From Chlorokybus atmophyticus (lineage: Eukaryota > Plantae > Mesostigma and Chlorokybus algae): a stretch of 64,000 bases of DNA. The notes under the pieces were generated by a model. That model was not told the origin of the DNA, did no database searches, and saw nothing but the letters and a program-made list of their open reading frames with translations. The stretch covers positions 33,630 to 97,629 of the forward strand of contig RHPI01000890.1 of the NCBI GenBank assembly GCA_009103225.1, read 5' to 3'. Positions within the stretch are counted from its first letter, which is position 1. Every line of letters starts with the position of its first letter. Both the position numbers and the translations under genes were made by a program. This document shows, one piece after another, positions 46,701-61,300 of this stretch.

Positions 46701-49700
46701 GCACCAGCGAGCACTACCTGCCACTGAAGGCGATGCATGAGCGTCGCAGCGAGTCACTTGTTTTGTGAGGCGACTTTGCTGTTGCGAGCTCTTGGATGAA
46801 CGGAAACAACGCGTCTCCAAAGTACTTTGTTGCCTCCAGAGGCAGCTCTGAGGGCAATATATCAACACCCAGCACGAAGATGCCCGGCCCGTCCATGTCG
46901 TCATGCCAGGAGCCTGGCATCATCACAAAGGCATATCAGTGCTACTGCTTTGGTACCCACAAGTGTTGAACCAATAAGTCATGTCTGTTCAATGTTTGAG
47001 CCACTTACCTGCGATGGGATCATAACGGAAGAATGGGCGTTCTACAGTGGTGTGCGTTTTCAGGCACTCGATAGAGCCCTCTAAATCACAGGTGATGTCC
47101 GCAACACCAAACAAGCGTGTGCGCGATTGGTGGGCATCTGCCTCATCCCTCGGCTGGTGCAACAAAGTCAGTGCCACATGGCTGCTACCATCTCTTGAGG
47201 CATTGGCGTATGTGAATAACGCTACCACTCACCTGGGTGTGCCTTGACTCTAATTGCTTCAACTGCTCGTTTGACAACAGTTTCGGGAAGCGATATTCCC
47301 AATACATGCAGTTGATAACTGCAGATATGTATGGCGCCACTCGCTCATGAAACACGGGCCGATAGCGCTCAGGAAACTCTGCACAAGGGTGAATACCATA
47401 AGATAACAAGCTTGCACATGTAACATGGGCATATGTCACACACCGTAGTACTCTGCTTTATCGAACGTTGCCGACGGGTCCACTGGGGCCACCATGTGCT
47501 CGGCGGTGATGATGGTGCCATACAGCACATTCTCGCCGTACAGATTTCGTCTGGTGGCGATGTTAGGCAGCTCCTCTGTCGACACCATCTTGTGCGGGAG
47601 CAGTTTGAATAACTCAATTGCTCCGGAAGACACTACAGGACCAAAACTGCAACAGCATCAGCACCAGACTGCAATTACATTGATCATTGATTATTGATTG
47701 AGTGCATGGATACCAACTACAAACACATGTGCACACGCACACACAGCCACTGAGATGGTTTATCAACTTCCGTAACATTACCTCGCCCGGTGCCGGTGAA
47801 AGCGAAGACGAGGGGGCTCAAAGCAGGCGGCAGGCCTTGCGATGCAATGGCTTCGCCAACGGCTATCACCGCGGCTTTTGCGGCGGACAGCGACGGGTAC
47901 ATGTATGCGGATCCCATCGCAAGAAACGGTGTGGAGTAGCCCAGCGCCAACAAACCTGAGACAGCTACTTGCTTAGGACGGCACCAGCAGAGCAAAAGGT
48001 TCTGTGTCTGTACTTGTATGTATGTGTGCGCGTGTTTATGTGCCTGTTTCTGAGCCTGGAGCACAGCCATTTACTCATGCACAGTGATTGTGTGCGTGCA
48101 CCCTGCCTATGTGTATGCATGTGCGTGCTTGCATGTGTGCGTCTGATCGCAGAATACATAGCTGTGTGCAATGGGTGCGTGCGGGTGAGAGTATGCATGT
48201 GATCATGTGGGGGTGCATGCGTGTTGGTCCACAGATATGCACGTGCGCACACATGTACATGTAACCATGTGGGGTGCACATGCTTACGTTCTCCCAACCC
48301 CCGCAGAAAATCTATCATTCCAGCTCGGCCCGCGAATGCTCCAAACGCCACAAGCCTTCGCTTGTTCTTGTCCACGATGCATTCATAGTCGTATAGAGCA
48401 ACTCGTTTCTGCAGCACCTGGAGCAACACATCTCGTTTTGCGTGCTGAGCATGGTCGGCAATCGAGACCACGCAACACGACACAGCAAACACTGGTGGTG
48501 AGCACGTGTACTTGCATGCATCCATGAGCATGTGTGCGTGCATGTGTCAGCTTATGTGGCAGCGTTTCATGCGAGCAACATTATGTGGGGGCAGTGCTTC
48601 AACAGTCCGCAGAGGAGGACTGGAAAGTTATTGTTAACACTTGGAGACTGACACAATAGTGGAAACATTTGCCAACGTTGCCACCATTAGCACGCCAAAC
48701 TTGTTAGCAAGCACTTATGTAGTACATACGCAATGTCTACGGGCACCATGCGCATGACATGACGTGCACGCATATGTTCATGTTTGGTACCTCGTCCAGC
48801 ACAGGAAAGTTTTGTGGCTGCGCCTTCACAGTGTGGGAGAAAAACATGTACGACCTGCCCGGCAGAAGGCTCCCCACCTGTGCAGTTCATTTATCACAAG
48901 AGAGCCTATGGTTACACTTACGTAATTGCTTATCGCAGACATGCATGCTGTTGTGAGTGCACGTGTGTATGAGCAAATTATTGAACAATGTGCTTTGCTT
49001 GAAACCAGCATGTGCGCGCAAGTATGCACACTTGCGCGCAAAAGTCGTGCGTGCTGGTGGTCATCGCCTTGCAACAATAGTAACATGTGCACGAGTACAC
49101 ACACAATTACACACATGGGCACAAGTACCAGCGGTTGCTTGACGCCCAGGATGGTGCCGCAAGGCGAGAGATCATCAGACACTTCGCAGCCGGCATCGGC
49201 GTACTGAGCATCGGAGTGGATGCGCTTCGTGCACGGCTGCACGACGATCCGCACTACTGCACCGTCGCGCAGCAGCCGTGCGCAGTGCGACGGCGTCAGC
49301 GGCGCCCTCCTCTCCCACTTCAACCTTGCCTGGGGTGGGGAGTATTCAGTAATGCTACAGTGCTCTCTCAATTCAATGGCTTCCCTATTGGTCAATTGTT
49401 ACGGACATTGCTGTTGAATACTACTATACTTGCTGTTTGTCGCATTGCATGACTTCGTCTTAGTTGCTTCAATTGCACATGAATAGTAGAATCAGGGTTT
49501 GAGGCGACAAGCAAGTTTGAGCAAGCTGGAGCCAAGCCATTGCTACTTTAACCCGCGACTATCTTATTGTTTGCCCCATTTGCATGCAACGCTAGCTGCT
49601 AATCAACAAGAATGCACACGATCATCCGCCGCACAGATTGGTGTGACAGATAGTTGAGCTGTCTTCAACATCAGGTGCTAAGTTTTCCGCAACACAGTGC

Positions 49701-49858
49701 AATGCAATGCCGCTCTCAGTGGTGGTGACAGCACACAACCGGCTGTAATTGACCAAACCCCTCACCTCGCGAAGAATGCCGAGCACGCCGTTGCCGATCA
49801 CCACTTCACTGGACATCGCAGGTGCTACCTGCCCAGCAACGCCTGCCTGAGCCATCAT
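43768..49858 (-). CDS. LKR/SDH: Bifunctional lysine-ketoglutarate reductase/saccharopine dehydrogenase, plant type, many introns
   Basis: GNGVLGILRE, KWERRAPLTPSHCARLL, ALYDYECIV, FGAFAGRAGMIDFLRGLG, VINCMYWE, ADITCDLEGSIE, plant linker VSLTGHLFDTFVINDALDIIE, VLVLGAGRV, LCELGLDPGI, SMCGGLPAP, AMARTVGLPAAIG; last exon VLAELQRLGVHMDERKEIH*. Confidence 0.95.
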
Positions 49859-51127
49859 CCTACGCTCCTCACAACGGGCACTGCCCCAAGGCTAGCCCCA
49901 CGCTACCGCCTGCACGCCGAATCAACGCATGGAAGCTCTACCACAAGTGAAAACCCACCGACACCTGCTCACACTCTTGCCCCCGCCCCCGCCGTCGCCG
50001 TGCAGATCGTCCTTCCTGACAACGGCGACGCTGCTGCTGGGGCAGACACTGGCAGGCCCGCCCTTTTCCCCCAACGAGCGTGGTGTCAGCGTGCGTGGCG
50101 GGTCGGTAGTTCGGTTCAGCCCGTGCGTGTGTCGCGGTCAGCATGGCCGCCGCGCTGATGTGGCACTGGGGTGGCAATGCACAGGACACCCTCCTAATAA
50201 GGGGTTGGGCATCATTTGCATCAAGCTGACCATTGCTGGAATGACATGATTTGATGGTGTGACCATAATTATAGAACGTAACACACCATGTACATAAAAC
50301 GGTATGCTTGCCTACTTCAATTTTGGCTTTCTTGTTAGTACATATTATCACAGCTATAACGATAAACATCATTACAATTATATCATTGTTGATTTAATTT
50401 AAATAATGCTATTTGATGTTTCCAATTATTTCAGATTAATCTACGATGATGACCTTGACGTTGATCTATTACTAGTATATAGACCGCAAATTATTACTTT
50501 AATATACTATACGGGTGAGTATGGTTTACGATGGTACAAGTATTGACGTGGATAAACAATACCATAGTATTAAAGAAAGGGCATTCTCTTATTCATGCCT
50601 TCTACGTGAATGTCACCATTGTACGACACAAGCATCTCTAGAAGCAAAATCCGTGAACGCCATGTTGCTCTGCATGTACACGAGTGCACGATGGTGTGAC
50701 AATAATAACATGGCAATTGGTTGTGAAAAAAGGGTCACAATGTTATCAACATGTCACTTTGTTAGAATAAATAACTACATGTAGTTATTGTCATCGTGAT
50801 ATTTGTATGTGTGTTGGAAATCTATCTCTACATTACTGGGCAATTGCACATCACATAAATTTATGTGCGCATGACTCTTACATGTACATTTACAACTGTT
50901 TCACGTATGCAAGTGCTTGTTTTTGGAACATCACCATCTGTGGTTTCAACTCTGCATTGCATCTGACTGGTTAGTGCTAAAGGCACAATGTCGTATAAAT
51001 GGCACGTGGCTCCTTATATGGCAGCTGCAACGACTTTCGCTGTCATATCATAGTTGACAAGACGCTGGTGTCATACACAATCAACCACAAAGCGGTAAGG
51101 GTGGCATAGCAAGTTGCTGTTAGTTTA

Positions 51128-51175
51128 ATATTATTATTATTATTGTTGTTATTATTACTATTATTATTATTACAA
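51128..51175. repeat. (TTA/TTG)n microsatellite
   Basis: ttattattattattgttgttattattactattattattatt. Confidence 0.9.
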
Positions 51176-51643
51176 TTAATAAATTGACTAGCAGCGGTCA
51201 CGTACTTAACCAGTGTAGTCAATCGATTCACTTGGTTTGATAATCCGGTTTTAGCAGCTTTGGCGAATACTTGCTGGCCCCACAGCCACAACCATCGCCA
51301 ACCCCACACAGCCCTCAGTCCCCAACCCATACATACCATGACAATCAAGTTCAAGGTATGTGATCAGCATCACCATACCAATAAACTTGGCATGACACAA
51401 GTCGGGTTGTGTCAAGAAGTCTCATGACATTTGAAGGTGAAGCACATAATGGACTCGGTGGCCTCCGAGTGAACTGAGTTCATGCCTTGCATCACACATC
51501 AACCAGTTGCCATTAACTCCTTCCGCTTACAATGATTGCAATGTAATCACACTTACATTGCACGACTCCTCAACCATCTACACTACACTACACATAACTA
51601 CCCATACGCGTGCCAACCTGCAACTACGTAGCATGGTGCTTTT

Positions 51644-54320
51644 CTACCAGATACGCCGCTTGCGGCAATACTTGAGACTCGCACCCAACACGATTGCCGA
51701 GATGACCAACACGGACGCGCTCGCTATGGGGAAGGCGTAGGGGTTGTTCTCCATATGGGTAACAAGGTTCATGCCTGTGAGTGCGACAGCTGTCAATGCT
51801 ATGTGAATCACGCATATTCGCACTGCCTTGAGCGAGTGACAATACATTTCATAAGAGAGGAGAACAAACTCACCAAACACGCCAGTGACAACAGCACCGC
51901 ACGCGACGGCAAAGGTTGCGATGGTGAAGAAGAGCTCCGTCTTGATGAGCGTATTGCGCGCGCTGCATCAGCGGTGCACACGCAATGACCTTTCCATTCT
52001 CGAAAAAATCATCAACAACGAAATGTCAATTTTTATCATTGAAGACACAGCTTGTACCTTGCCAGCATCAAGCGGACAGCCTCCTCAGTGGCAGAGACGT
52101 TGCGGTGAATCCCGTGGATCGTGATGGCGGTCTCACTGACTCTTTTGAGCATGGTTTCAAGCAATTCCTCCATCTGCGCGCAGCGCACAAAGGCAACAAC
52201 ATGAGGCTAAACTCCTCTGCACACAAACACCGCAGCCCTGAATGGTGTATACTTACTTCTTGGTGTTGGTCTGTCCTCCTTTGGTGCCCGGCACTTGTCT
52301 TGACTGTAAGGTACATTGCAGCCATGTCCTGAACGCATGTAGCACAACAGTCTATGTCAGCAAGTACTGTCGACCCACATATCCTAGGCCCATCAGAAAT
52401 ACAGATGACCAATGTGGCAGCACAGCTGACTCAATTAGTCAGAAGTTGTTGGGTGGCATCATCTCACCTCATCGTTTTTGAGCAGCTCATCAAGTGCGGC
52501 TTTGAGTTGGTTCACTTCATTCTCAAGCTCAGCAAGCCTGCCAGCTTACGCCAGTGGCAGTGAAAGTCAATCAATCTGTCCTATGCGGAATAGTGCACAG
52601 TACTGTGTCATGCAAACAGGCATGCAACACAACATACACACAACACGCACTCTGTCTTGAGTGGCAGCAACTCCTGCGTCCCAATCAGATCCGCCCCCTC
52701 TGCATGCTTGGCCATCAGCTTTAGAATGGGCCCAACTTGTGCCTCTATAGCCTGCATGCATACGTGTGACAACACATCAGAAGTGCAAAGCATAGCCACG
52801 GCGCAGCCTATCACTCAGCAATAACAGTGCACGCACATGCACACGTATGCATGCAAACAGCACACGTGTGTGCCAGAGAAAAGCTTGTAGTTACCAAAGC
52901 CCCACCTCAGCGCGCCGTTTGAGTTCTTCACACGCGTAGTCTAGCAGAGCTTCCAAAGCACGAAACTCAAACGGCGCCACCGGTTGCCCTTCCCATCCGA
53001 CCGAAGCATCAGACAGCTTGGACATCAACTGCTCCACTCTGCACAGATAACCATTGCATTGCACATACCAATCACACAAATTACACAAAAAGTAACCACC
53101 ACATGCATGCATGAGCGCGACAACTTTCCAGCATGCATGAACACATAGTCACAGACACACATACATCGGGCTTTTCATGTCCAAAGGCTCCAGCAGCAGC
53201 ATGCGCCTGGCGAATATCATCGCCTTGACTGCCAGCAGGTTCACGAGGATGGCTGATTGGCGCACCGTGATAGTGAATATCTGTTGAGTTAGCAGGTCAG
53301 TGCCACACAAATGTACATATGAAGCAAGAACCAACCCTTGTAAAATTGCCTTCCCACCTCGTCGGGGAAAGTGGGGTCGATGACGCGCAAGTCTCGCCGC
53401 TGAAGCCCGCCTTCCATGCATAGCTCTGGCCTAAGACAGACCAATCTCATTAACACCAGGGATTAACACGAACATGTGATGGTTGCTGCACGTCTCACGT
53501 CATGCGTACACGTCAATGCTAATAGCTATAGAAGTTGTACGATTAGCAGCAGCACTATCAGCAACGCATTGCGTCCAAACTGCTATGTCCCACGATAGCT
53601 TACTGTTTGACTAAGGGTTGATTTGTTCGAGGAGTGTGCTTAGAGTGATCAAAGCTTTTCCATTTCACTTGCGGCAAGCGAAGAAGGTTGTTTTACTTAA
53701 CCACAACCACAAGCAACAACAAGCTGAAGCAAGCAACTAGTGGCAGTGTATCTACTGAGAATAAAGCCGAATGGACGACATCACAGAAGCCTAAGCAAGA
53801 AGCAAGCCAAGGAGTCAAACCTGGTGAAGACTGTGAGGTAGGGTCCATGCGGTGGCAGCTCCTGCAGCTGCAAGGCGTGGACCTTTTGGTTGTTGGACGG
53901 GCCTGCGGCGAGCACCTCGGCTGCCCTGCTGGAGGAGGAGGTGGAGATGGAGGTGAAGGTGGAGGAGGAGGTGCAGGAGGAGCCTTGAAGCTGTCTCACA
54001 TGCACCAAGCTTGCAGCTGATAGTGTTGAAGTGGAGAGCTGCTGCCCAGCGCAGGCGGCGAGCGGCCACAAGGAGGAGGAGGAGGAGGAGCTGACGCCTG
54101 ACGACAATATTAACAAGCTTGGTCGACTGTGCAGCACCCGACTGAGCGTGCTGCTGGCCACGGACCAGCTGCAGCCTGGTCCTTGGTGCTGGGCTTGGCG
54201 AGCAGCAGTGGTAGCGACGCCAGTGAATGCCTTCCACAGGGAATGACTGAAACCGCCTCCACAGCCGTGTGAGGCTCTCCCCGCCCTTGCAACAGCTGCC
54301 ACCACCGCCAAGGCGGCCAT
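51644..54320 (-). CDS. MRS2: MRS2/CorA-family Mg2+ transporter with a probable organellar transit peptide
   Basis: LQRRDLRVIDP, AILVNLLAVKAMI, PFEFRALE, TGMNL...ENNPYAF (GMN motif); Ala/Ser-rich N-terminus. The start is uncertain. Confidence 0.88.
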
Positions 54321-54999
54321 GTGCGAGGGCGCAACAACTGCAGCTGGCAGGGGCTGAGAGTCAACTAACAGTTTTGCAGAGCTTGGTGCATACACTGCAC
54401 ACAAGTTGCCTTTAACACGGCATGATCACTACCAGGCCATGCACAGCATCCAGGGGCAGGGAATGTGGACCATAATTTTGGTTTTTGCGTACGGCACAAT
54501 GCATGCTGTACTTGCTAGCGTTACGGATTATGGTTGTACATAGTAACTTGACAGTGACATGAATTGAACCTCTTAGCAACATACTGATAGTGTTTGCAGT
54601 TATGGTCCGTTCTCGCGCTGACACCAACACATGCGCGCTTCCAACAAACAGCAATACCAACAACTGAGACCGACAACTATGGCCAAAGAAGTGTTTCATG
54701 TTGGTGTAAGCATGAACGCTAACCACACTATGACGGCATGTGCGCACCGTACATAGCAGTGATGGTTCAATGACATATGACAACAACTATAAGCACAACA
54801 CCAGGAAGGGTATATGTACCAATGAATGCAATGCAGGATTATGTCCAATAACACTGCTGGGTACTTTCAGATAACAGTTGCCAGGAACAACTGATGTTTG
54901 TAAATGCTGTTGGCACAAAGCAAAACAGCCCACTAATGGCTATTCACTCAGCTAGCATGCAGTCAATGGTCTGAATCTAACTGCTAGCGCAGTCGCTTG

Positions 55000-57500
55000 G
55001 CCGAAGCAGCGCCGTACTTGCAAAAGCAACAGCGGCACAACACCCTCACCGCCGCCCTCGAACTGATGTTCCATCCTGTAACAACATGCGTATCAGTCAA
55101 ACCACATGTGAGAAGAAGCCTGACTTGACATGGGGCTACACGTGCAACGAACTGCTCCGCTCAGATTCCAAATTATGCTCACCGCTGCATAGCAGCTCGA
55201 CAGTCTAACATGTACTTGGTGTGTGTAACATCATAGCGGGCTGTTGAAGCAAACAACAGTAAAATAATTATCAGGCCTCAGACGCGAATAGACTGTGCCA
55301 CAGCGAACAAGGCGATCTAACTGGTAGGTTCTCCTGCAAAGCAGGTCCAGCCAACGCCTTTGCTGACACTCTCGAGTAGTTGACATCACCGGCCGACCAT
55401 GCACGTAGACACAATTATAAGATACACAAACAGGTTGTTTACTTGAGTTACCACGCAGGTAGTCTGACCACTGGTCCTGTGCTCAGAAGCCAAGCGTGTG
55501 TGTTACATCTAGCCCAGGCGCCTCACCCCGCGCCTGCTATCAAACACAGTCCTGCATCACGGCACGGCAACACCAGTGGTCAGACTACTTGCTCGTGATG
55601 TAAGTTGCACGCACTGCAGTAACACATAAACAGCCAGAATGCTGACAAAGGACATAGTGGCTGCTCAGCTGCTTTAGTTATCAATCAAATGGTTCAGCAC
55701 CGTAGTAATAGCAAGAAGCATCAATGCAGCCACTTGCGGCATCCGAGCCACACATGGTCAATGACTACAAACACCAAAGCATGTGCTAAAGTATTTTGCA
55801 CACCAACAACTGACATGCTTACCTGACGTGCTTACGGGCCCATGCACCATGTCACCAGGTGTGATGCAACTCTTAATGACTGTCCCACACTGGCGCTGAA
55901 AGACCTGCAATGTGCACAAGCATTGTGAGTGTCCCACATCTTTCGTCTCAGAGAAGCATAGCGCTGAACCAAGATAGCGGGACATGGGTGCTGTGGTGAT
56001 TGGACAAAGGCTCTTCAACTCCCGTCCAACCGCAACGCTGTAAGCTTGAGGGAACGGGCCCATAGACATTGACAGCCAGCAGGCCAACTAAGAAGCTTGA
56101 AACTACACAAACAGTATCTACACGGTGCCTCGGCAAGAGAGTTATGGATATGTCATAGGGTTAACCTCCATCACAATAAACATCGTCATCGGCACAGTAC
56201 CAATAAACAACCACTGCCACTACACATCTCGCCATACCTTGTTAGAAGACGGTCTGCGGTGAAGTCAATGCGGTAAGGGTGTTCAGGCTTTGCGCCTTGG
56301 CATCATTGCATATCTACGGGGCAGAAAAGTAAGGACTGTTAGCTTCAGCATGTATGCAACACATGGACACTTGCTGCCGAGCTAGTCTTTATGTCTAGAC
56401 TGGTGGCACCCTTGAGCGATCAGAAAACTTTGAAGACTATATGGTTTGATCAACATCCACGCATGTCTGAAGCAAGTATCCTCATCTCGCCAGGGTTGCA
56501 TACAACAGAATGCTTGAGCAGCATCATGCAAAGAGCTTCAATGAGAAGCAGCTACCATACTATACCAGCAGTGACTGCAAGAAGCTCAAGCATGTGCATG
56601 CAGAGTCGCCAGTCATGGATCAGTTACTGGCATTGCCCCAACAGGCATAATAGCATTGCTGGAATCAGCGTCGATCATTTGGGGAAAGTGTCCTCATTTC
56701 CATGACAAGCACGACAACCAGCTAAACCAACAAAGTGTAATACCTTTGGCATGGATGAGGCGGTCAGAGAAAGCGCCTTGCGCACATGCAAGACACCTCA
56801 ACAGGACCAGGGCTAGGGCTGCAGCTTGCTTTGATCACATATCAAGCCTGTGTCTTGCAGCTGTGCCTGTTCAGAGAGCATACCTATTGGTTCAGCGGAG
56901 CATGCAAACAAGCCTATGAACAAAAGTAAGGGTTTGGTTAGTGGGAAATGTTGATCGCATGGTTTGTCCGACAGGGTAAAGGCGGCATAGCCGCTCCCTA
57001 CGGCAATGGAATATGCGACCCCGCCCTAATGGCAGGAGGCTGGAAGCCTACGACTACCGGGCATCACTGTGAAGACGTTTGTGCAGGGATTTACGCCGTG
57101 AAAGCCTGCGGAAGCAAAGCAGGACGCCCCAAACATACACATGGAAGCTGCCGCGGCCAGCAGCAGCAACCCCGTCTATGGTGACACGCTTCACTTACAA
57201 GCACGGGGAACAGCCTTAAGCTGCTCTGCATCACTGCATGCAAAAGCTGACAGTCAGCTTTTGCATGCAGTGATGCAGAGCAGCTTAAGAGGGCCACCAG
57301 CAGCATGGGCTCAATGCGAAGATCACCAAACATTCTCTCTCTCGCAGCAAAGCCTTGTCTTCAATCAAGCATCCACTGGCAGACTGCAGCAGGGAGAGCT
57401 TACCATGAACTGCCTTACGCCGTTGCGCCAGTCCACCTTGAGGACATCGCTGTTGTAATGTAACGCATATAGGCGTACGACGGACGTCGCCATGCTGACA
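55000..57500 (-). CDS. Probable multi-exon gene, product not recognised
   Basis: Exon-like MATSVVRLYALHYNSDVLKVDWRNGVRQFM followed by GTAAGC, plus further GT-AG bounded segments. Boundaries are uncertain. Confidence 0.35.
57215..57289. repeat. Perfect inverted repeat, 37-bp arms with a 1-nt spacer
   Basis: CTTAAGCTGCTCTGCATCACTGCATGCAAAAGCTGAC-A-exact reverse complement. Confidence 0.97.
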
Positions 57501-57959
57501 GCGGCAGCGCCGGCGACGAGGTGCCCGCCAGCGCCGCCACAGCCGCCGGCATGCAACGCAAATGCACACTTCAGAATGGCGGCAGCGAAGGTCTGTTGAT
57601 GTACCAAGAAGTTGCCCTGTTGTGAACAAATCAGGACTCCGCAGCGTGCGACACCAGCAGCATGCACCCTGCTTCTAGTACGACGCGGCACTGCTGGCTT
57701 ACCGCGGCCTACTGTAAGACAGTAATATGTGCACCGTACCGTTGTTTTAACCACGTGTCAGAACAGTCATGCAGTTTCCCCCTAGTTGGCGGTGACAGCG
57801 CCGTCAGCGTCGTTGTTGTTGGCAGGGGATAGAACTAGGGTACTGGGTGAGGACCGTCCAGGCAATGATGTCGGTGCCGTTGCCGAGTTTGGAGCATGCC
57901 GTCGCGTCGGCAATAAGGTTTGTGGCGCTACAATGCACGCAGCCAGCTGCGATACAGGT

Positions 57960-57963
<4 letters not shown>

Positions 57964-58001
<38 letters not shown>

Positions 58002-58010
58002 GTGTGTGTG
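57964..58010. repeat. (CT)n then (TG)n microsatellite
   Basis: ctctctctct... followed by tgtgtgtgtg. Confidence 0.9.
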
Positions 58011-58399
58011 TGTAGGATATATGACGTGCTGTTGTGCACAAGCATGCCACATCACTCAACCGTACCGCGTTACGCACGTCTAGTATAACCGGGGTCACGC
58101 TCATTCGCGTCACCCGCATCCATGACCGCCGTGGCCGGCGAGAGTAGCGCCGGCACTACCACTTCGCCTGCGGACGCGAGCACTCAAGCATGCGTGTATT
58201 AATACTTGCACACCATGCGCACGCACCCACACTAACGCCCACACACTCACACACCCAGGAGCGAGCAAGCGTGGTCCACGAGAGCTCTGTCAGCCCGCAG
58301 ATTGAGCAACTTGTTCAAGGTATCGTCCAATCACCTGCACATGGATTACTTAAACACACACCCAAGACACATGCGAGGTGTGAGAACTTCACAGTCTAA

Positions 58400-61300
58400 C
58401 TGAGGGCAGCTTGCTGAAGCACTTCAAGTTGGCTGTCTCGAACTGGAGTGAGAGACAGGAACCATGATTGCTTGGTTGTCAGTTGGTCTTCAGCAAGGGG
58501 AGCAACTTGCGGCGGCGGCCTGGATAAAGTCAATGGTGTGCAGCACGGGGACAGTGCTCACTTGAGACTATTCGTACACAAGCGATGTGTTTGTTGACCA
58601 TCTGAAATATGGCAGTGTACCAATCATGGAATCACGTAAGCGACTCTGCATATCAAGTATCAAAGCCAGCGTTTAACAAGTTGTCTCATGACTCGTGCAT
58701 CATACACGTGGAATGCGTACTAGAGTAAGCGACAATCGATCTGACAAGCTTGATGGTCGCTTTATGCTGGTCTTTCACCACTGCGCAAGCAACTTGCTCA
58801 GTAACAAGCCAATGCAAAAGTACGACCATATACTGTACTGCAGGGCCGTTGATTGCGGCACAGCGGCCATGCGTGGCTTCGTTAACATACATTGAACCAA
58901 CCTGTTTAATAAGCAGTGCTAGTCTTGCACGCAGGGATGATTGCTTTTCCGCAATTGGTGGTAATTGCAGCTACTCCTCGCTGTAGTTGCTCCAGAGCGC
59001 TCATCGTCTTTGTTGAATCCTGCATGCAGTTCGTCAGTTCATCCCTCCATTCCTGGCAATGTCACATGCATAAAGTAGACAATTACTAGAAGACGTCACA
59101 AAGACGTCATACTGCACATGCAGTGAAGGCCCGTATACCTCAGCTGGTGGTTCCATGAGCTCCTCCTCTACACCGGCACGTAGGTCTCTCTCTCTCACTC
59201 ACAGGCACACGCGCATGCGCTTACAGTGCAGACATAACAACAGCATGTATGTATAGAGAGGTGAGGTGGCTCAGCCAGTGGCTGTCGCGTGTCGTAGCGC
59301 TGCTCTTTTTGCTGGTAAGGCTGTGAGTCGATGTGAGCATCTTGACTACCATGGTAGCTGGCATGTAGGGAGAGAGTAGGGGCCTTTCAGCGCAAACAGC
59401 CATAGGGGTGCCTTGAAAACTCCTGGAAAGCAATGCACGCTTTCGCAGCAGCACAAAAGACCACTTAGACTGCTCAATGAGCACAGTGTTGCGCTGAAAT
59501 CCATCGACAACTTTGAATGCAGTACATTGCTAGCAGACAGTGGCACTGAGCAACCAGTTTGTCTCTAGCACCCACATTTTCTTAATTGCATGGCATGATT
59601 ATGTTATTAGTAGAGCGTTTCCCAAGTAGGTTGTATGGCAAGAGTCAATGGTCGAATGTCGTTCACAGCATGCAGTGATGGTCAACCCTAGTAGCCAAGC
59701 AGCTCAGCTTGATGCATGGTGAATGGGTAGATAAGTATGTCCGTGCATGCGTATGTAAATGTAAGCAACGCATATGCGCTCTACATACATACACCAGACG
59801 CTCACATACTTTGCATGCCATAGCCGCCAATGTTACGTCGCCAGCACCCCTCCTGGAGTTGCATTGGCTGTCGTATGCAAAATAGCTGAGCGTCCGGTGC
59901 ATGTATGTAGAGCGATGCTACCCTTGCTGGATGTGCACACACTGTGCATACAGTCCGACTGTCGGAGGATCCTCGGTGTCAAGTTGGTTGTTTGGCGTCA
60001 TTATCCAGTTGGTAGAGCCTCGGCTTGTGAGATGTTATGTTGTGAGACACAATAGCTTGTATGTCGTACACAGCCTAATTGTCATCGAATAACAAGCATC
60101 GAGTAAGCGCAAGGTTGATGTTACCCCTACCCATACTACTTGTTGTTGCATTGCACGTTGCTCACACATCAACAGGATGTCCTCATGCAGGGCGTTTTGA
60201 CACAATGCAGTCGACTGTGGTCCAGCCCTGTCTAAAGAGATGGCCGAAGCAATTCTGACTCTCTCTCCCAAAGATCAGCACTTGGTTCCGCAAGTACATT
60301 GTTTAATGCGTTGAACGACATCACTGGCATCACACGCTCATTCTTGAAGGCTTCCTAGTAACCAGCATGGTTTTCTCGCTTTACATGCACATGTCCACGT
60401 GGTATGATGACGATGGGTGATTGCAGATGCTCAAGTAGTGGGCAACATGCAAAGTAGGTGAAGATGATCTCGCCTTTATACTCGCTTGGGACTACTCCGT
60501 CGTCCCCAAGTTCATAAATGTCACAAACCGTCTCGCCGACCATCAGCCACCACAACCACATTGGATCTCAACCCTCCCTGGAAGTATAACAGTGGACTCG
60601 TTTATTCGCAACGTCGTGCTTTATCTGGCCCAGGTTGCGGGAATGTGATGGTAGCACCCAACAGTGTTGAGCAGTACTTTGGCGTGGCTATGTGCTTGCG
60701 AGACATCAAGCTTTGTGCAAGCGTGCATGAGCTCGCTCCCGGCAGCTTCGATGCTGGCTCATATGGGGATCATGAAGGATCGGCGCATGGCGCGTGCGAC
60801 ACACCTGTCTGCGTACATGCCTCTCACTGATGCCATCAGCGTGTTTAGGTAGTTGAACACTTAGCTATTTGCATCAGTAGTTCTCTGTTTGCGGCCATGT
60901 TGGGCAAATATGACGGTGTGCCCAGTGGGATGTTGGCTGGTGTGTTATTGAGGTGAAGTGTTGGAGACCGCACATGCCATGTACAGGTGTACATAAAGTA
61001 GTGTTTTCCCGTTCTTGTCTCTGTGGTGTGTTTATCATGTTGGTTTGTATTTGTGTGGCAGCTTGCATATGGCGCGCATTGTGCACGACCTTGCTTGTTC
61101 ACCCCGTTGGCTCAACCTGGCCCACCATGCTACTGTTAGCTGAAGGTATGTTGCATATTGTGCACATCACACATGCATGCATCTACACGAACACGCGCGC
61201 ACGAACACTGCATACACCACACTGTATGTACACGCACGCACACGCTCAAATACGCATGCAGGCACATGCGCGCGCGTGCGCGAGCGCACAACCACATTAA

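Noticed and set aside
55760-56140. Signal peptidase (IMP1-like) identity for the unknown gene
   Set aside because: Only weak resemblance (VIKSCITPGDMV); catalytic motifs could not be assembled in one frame.
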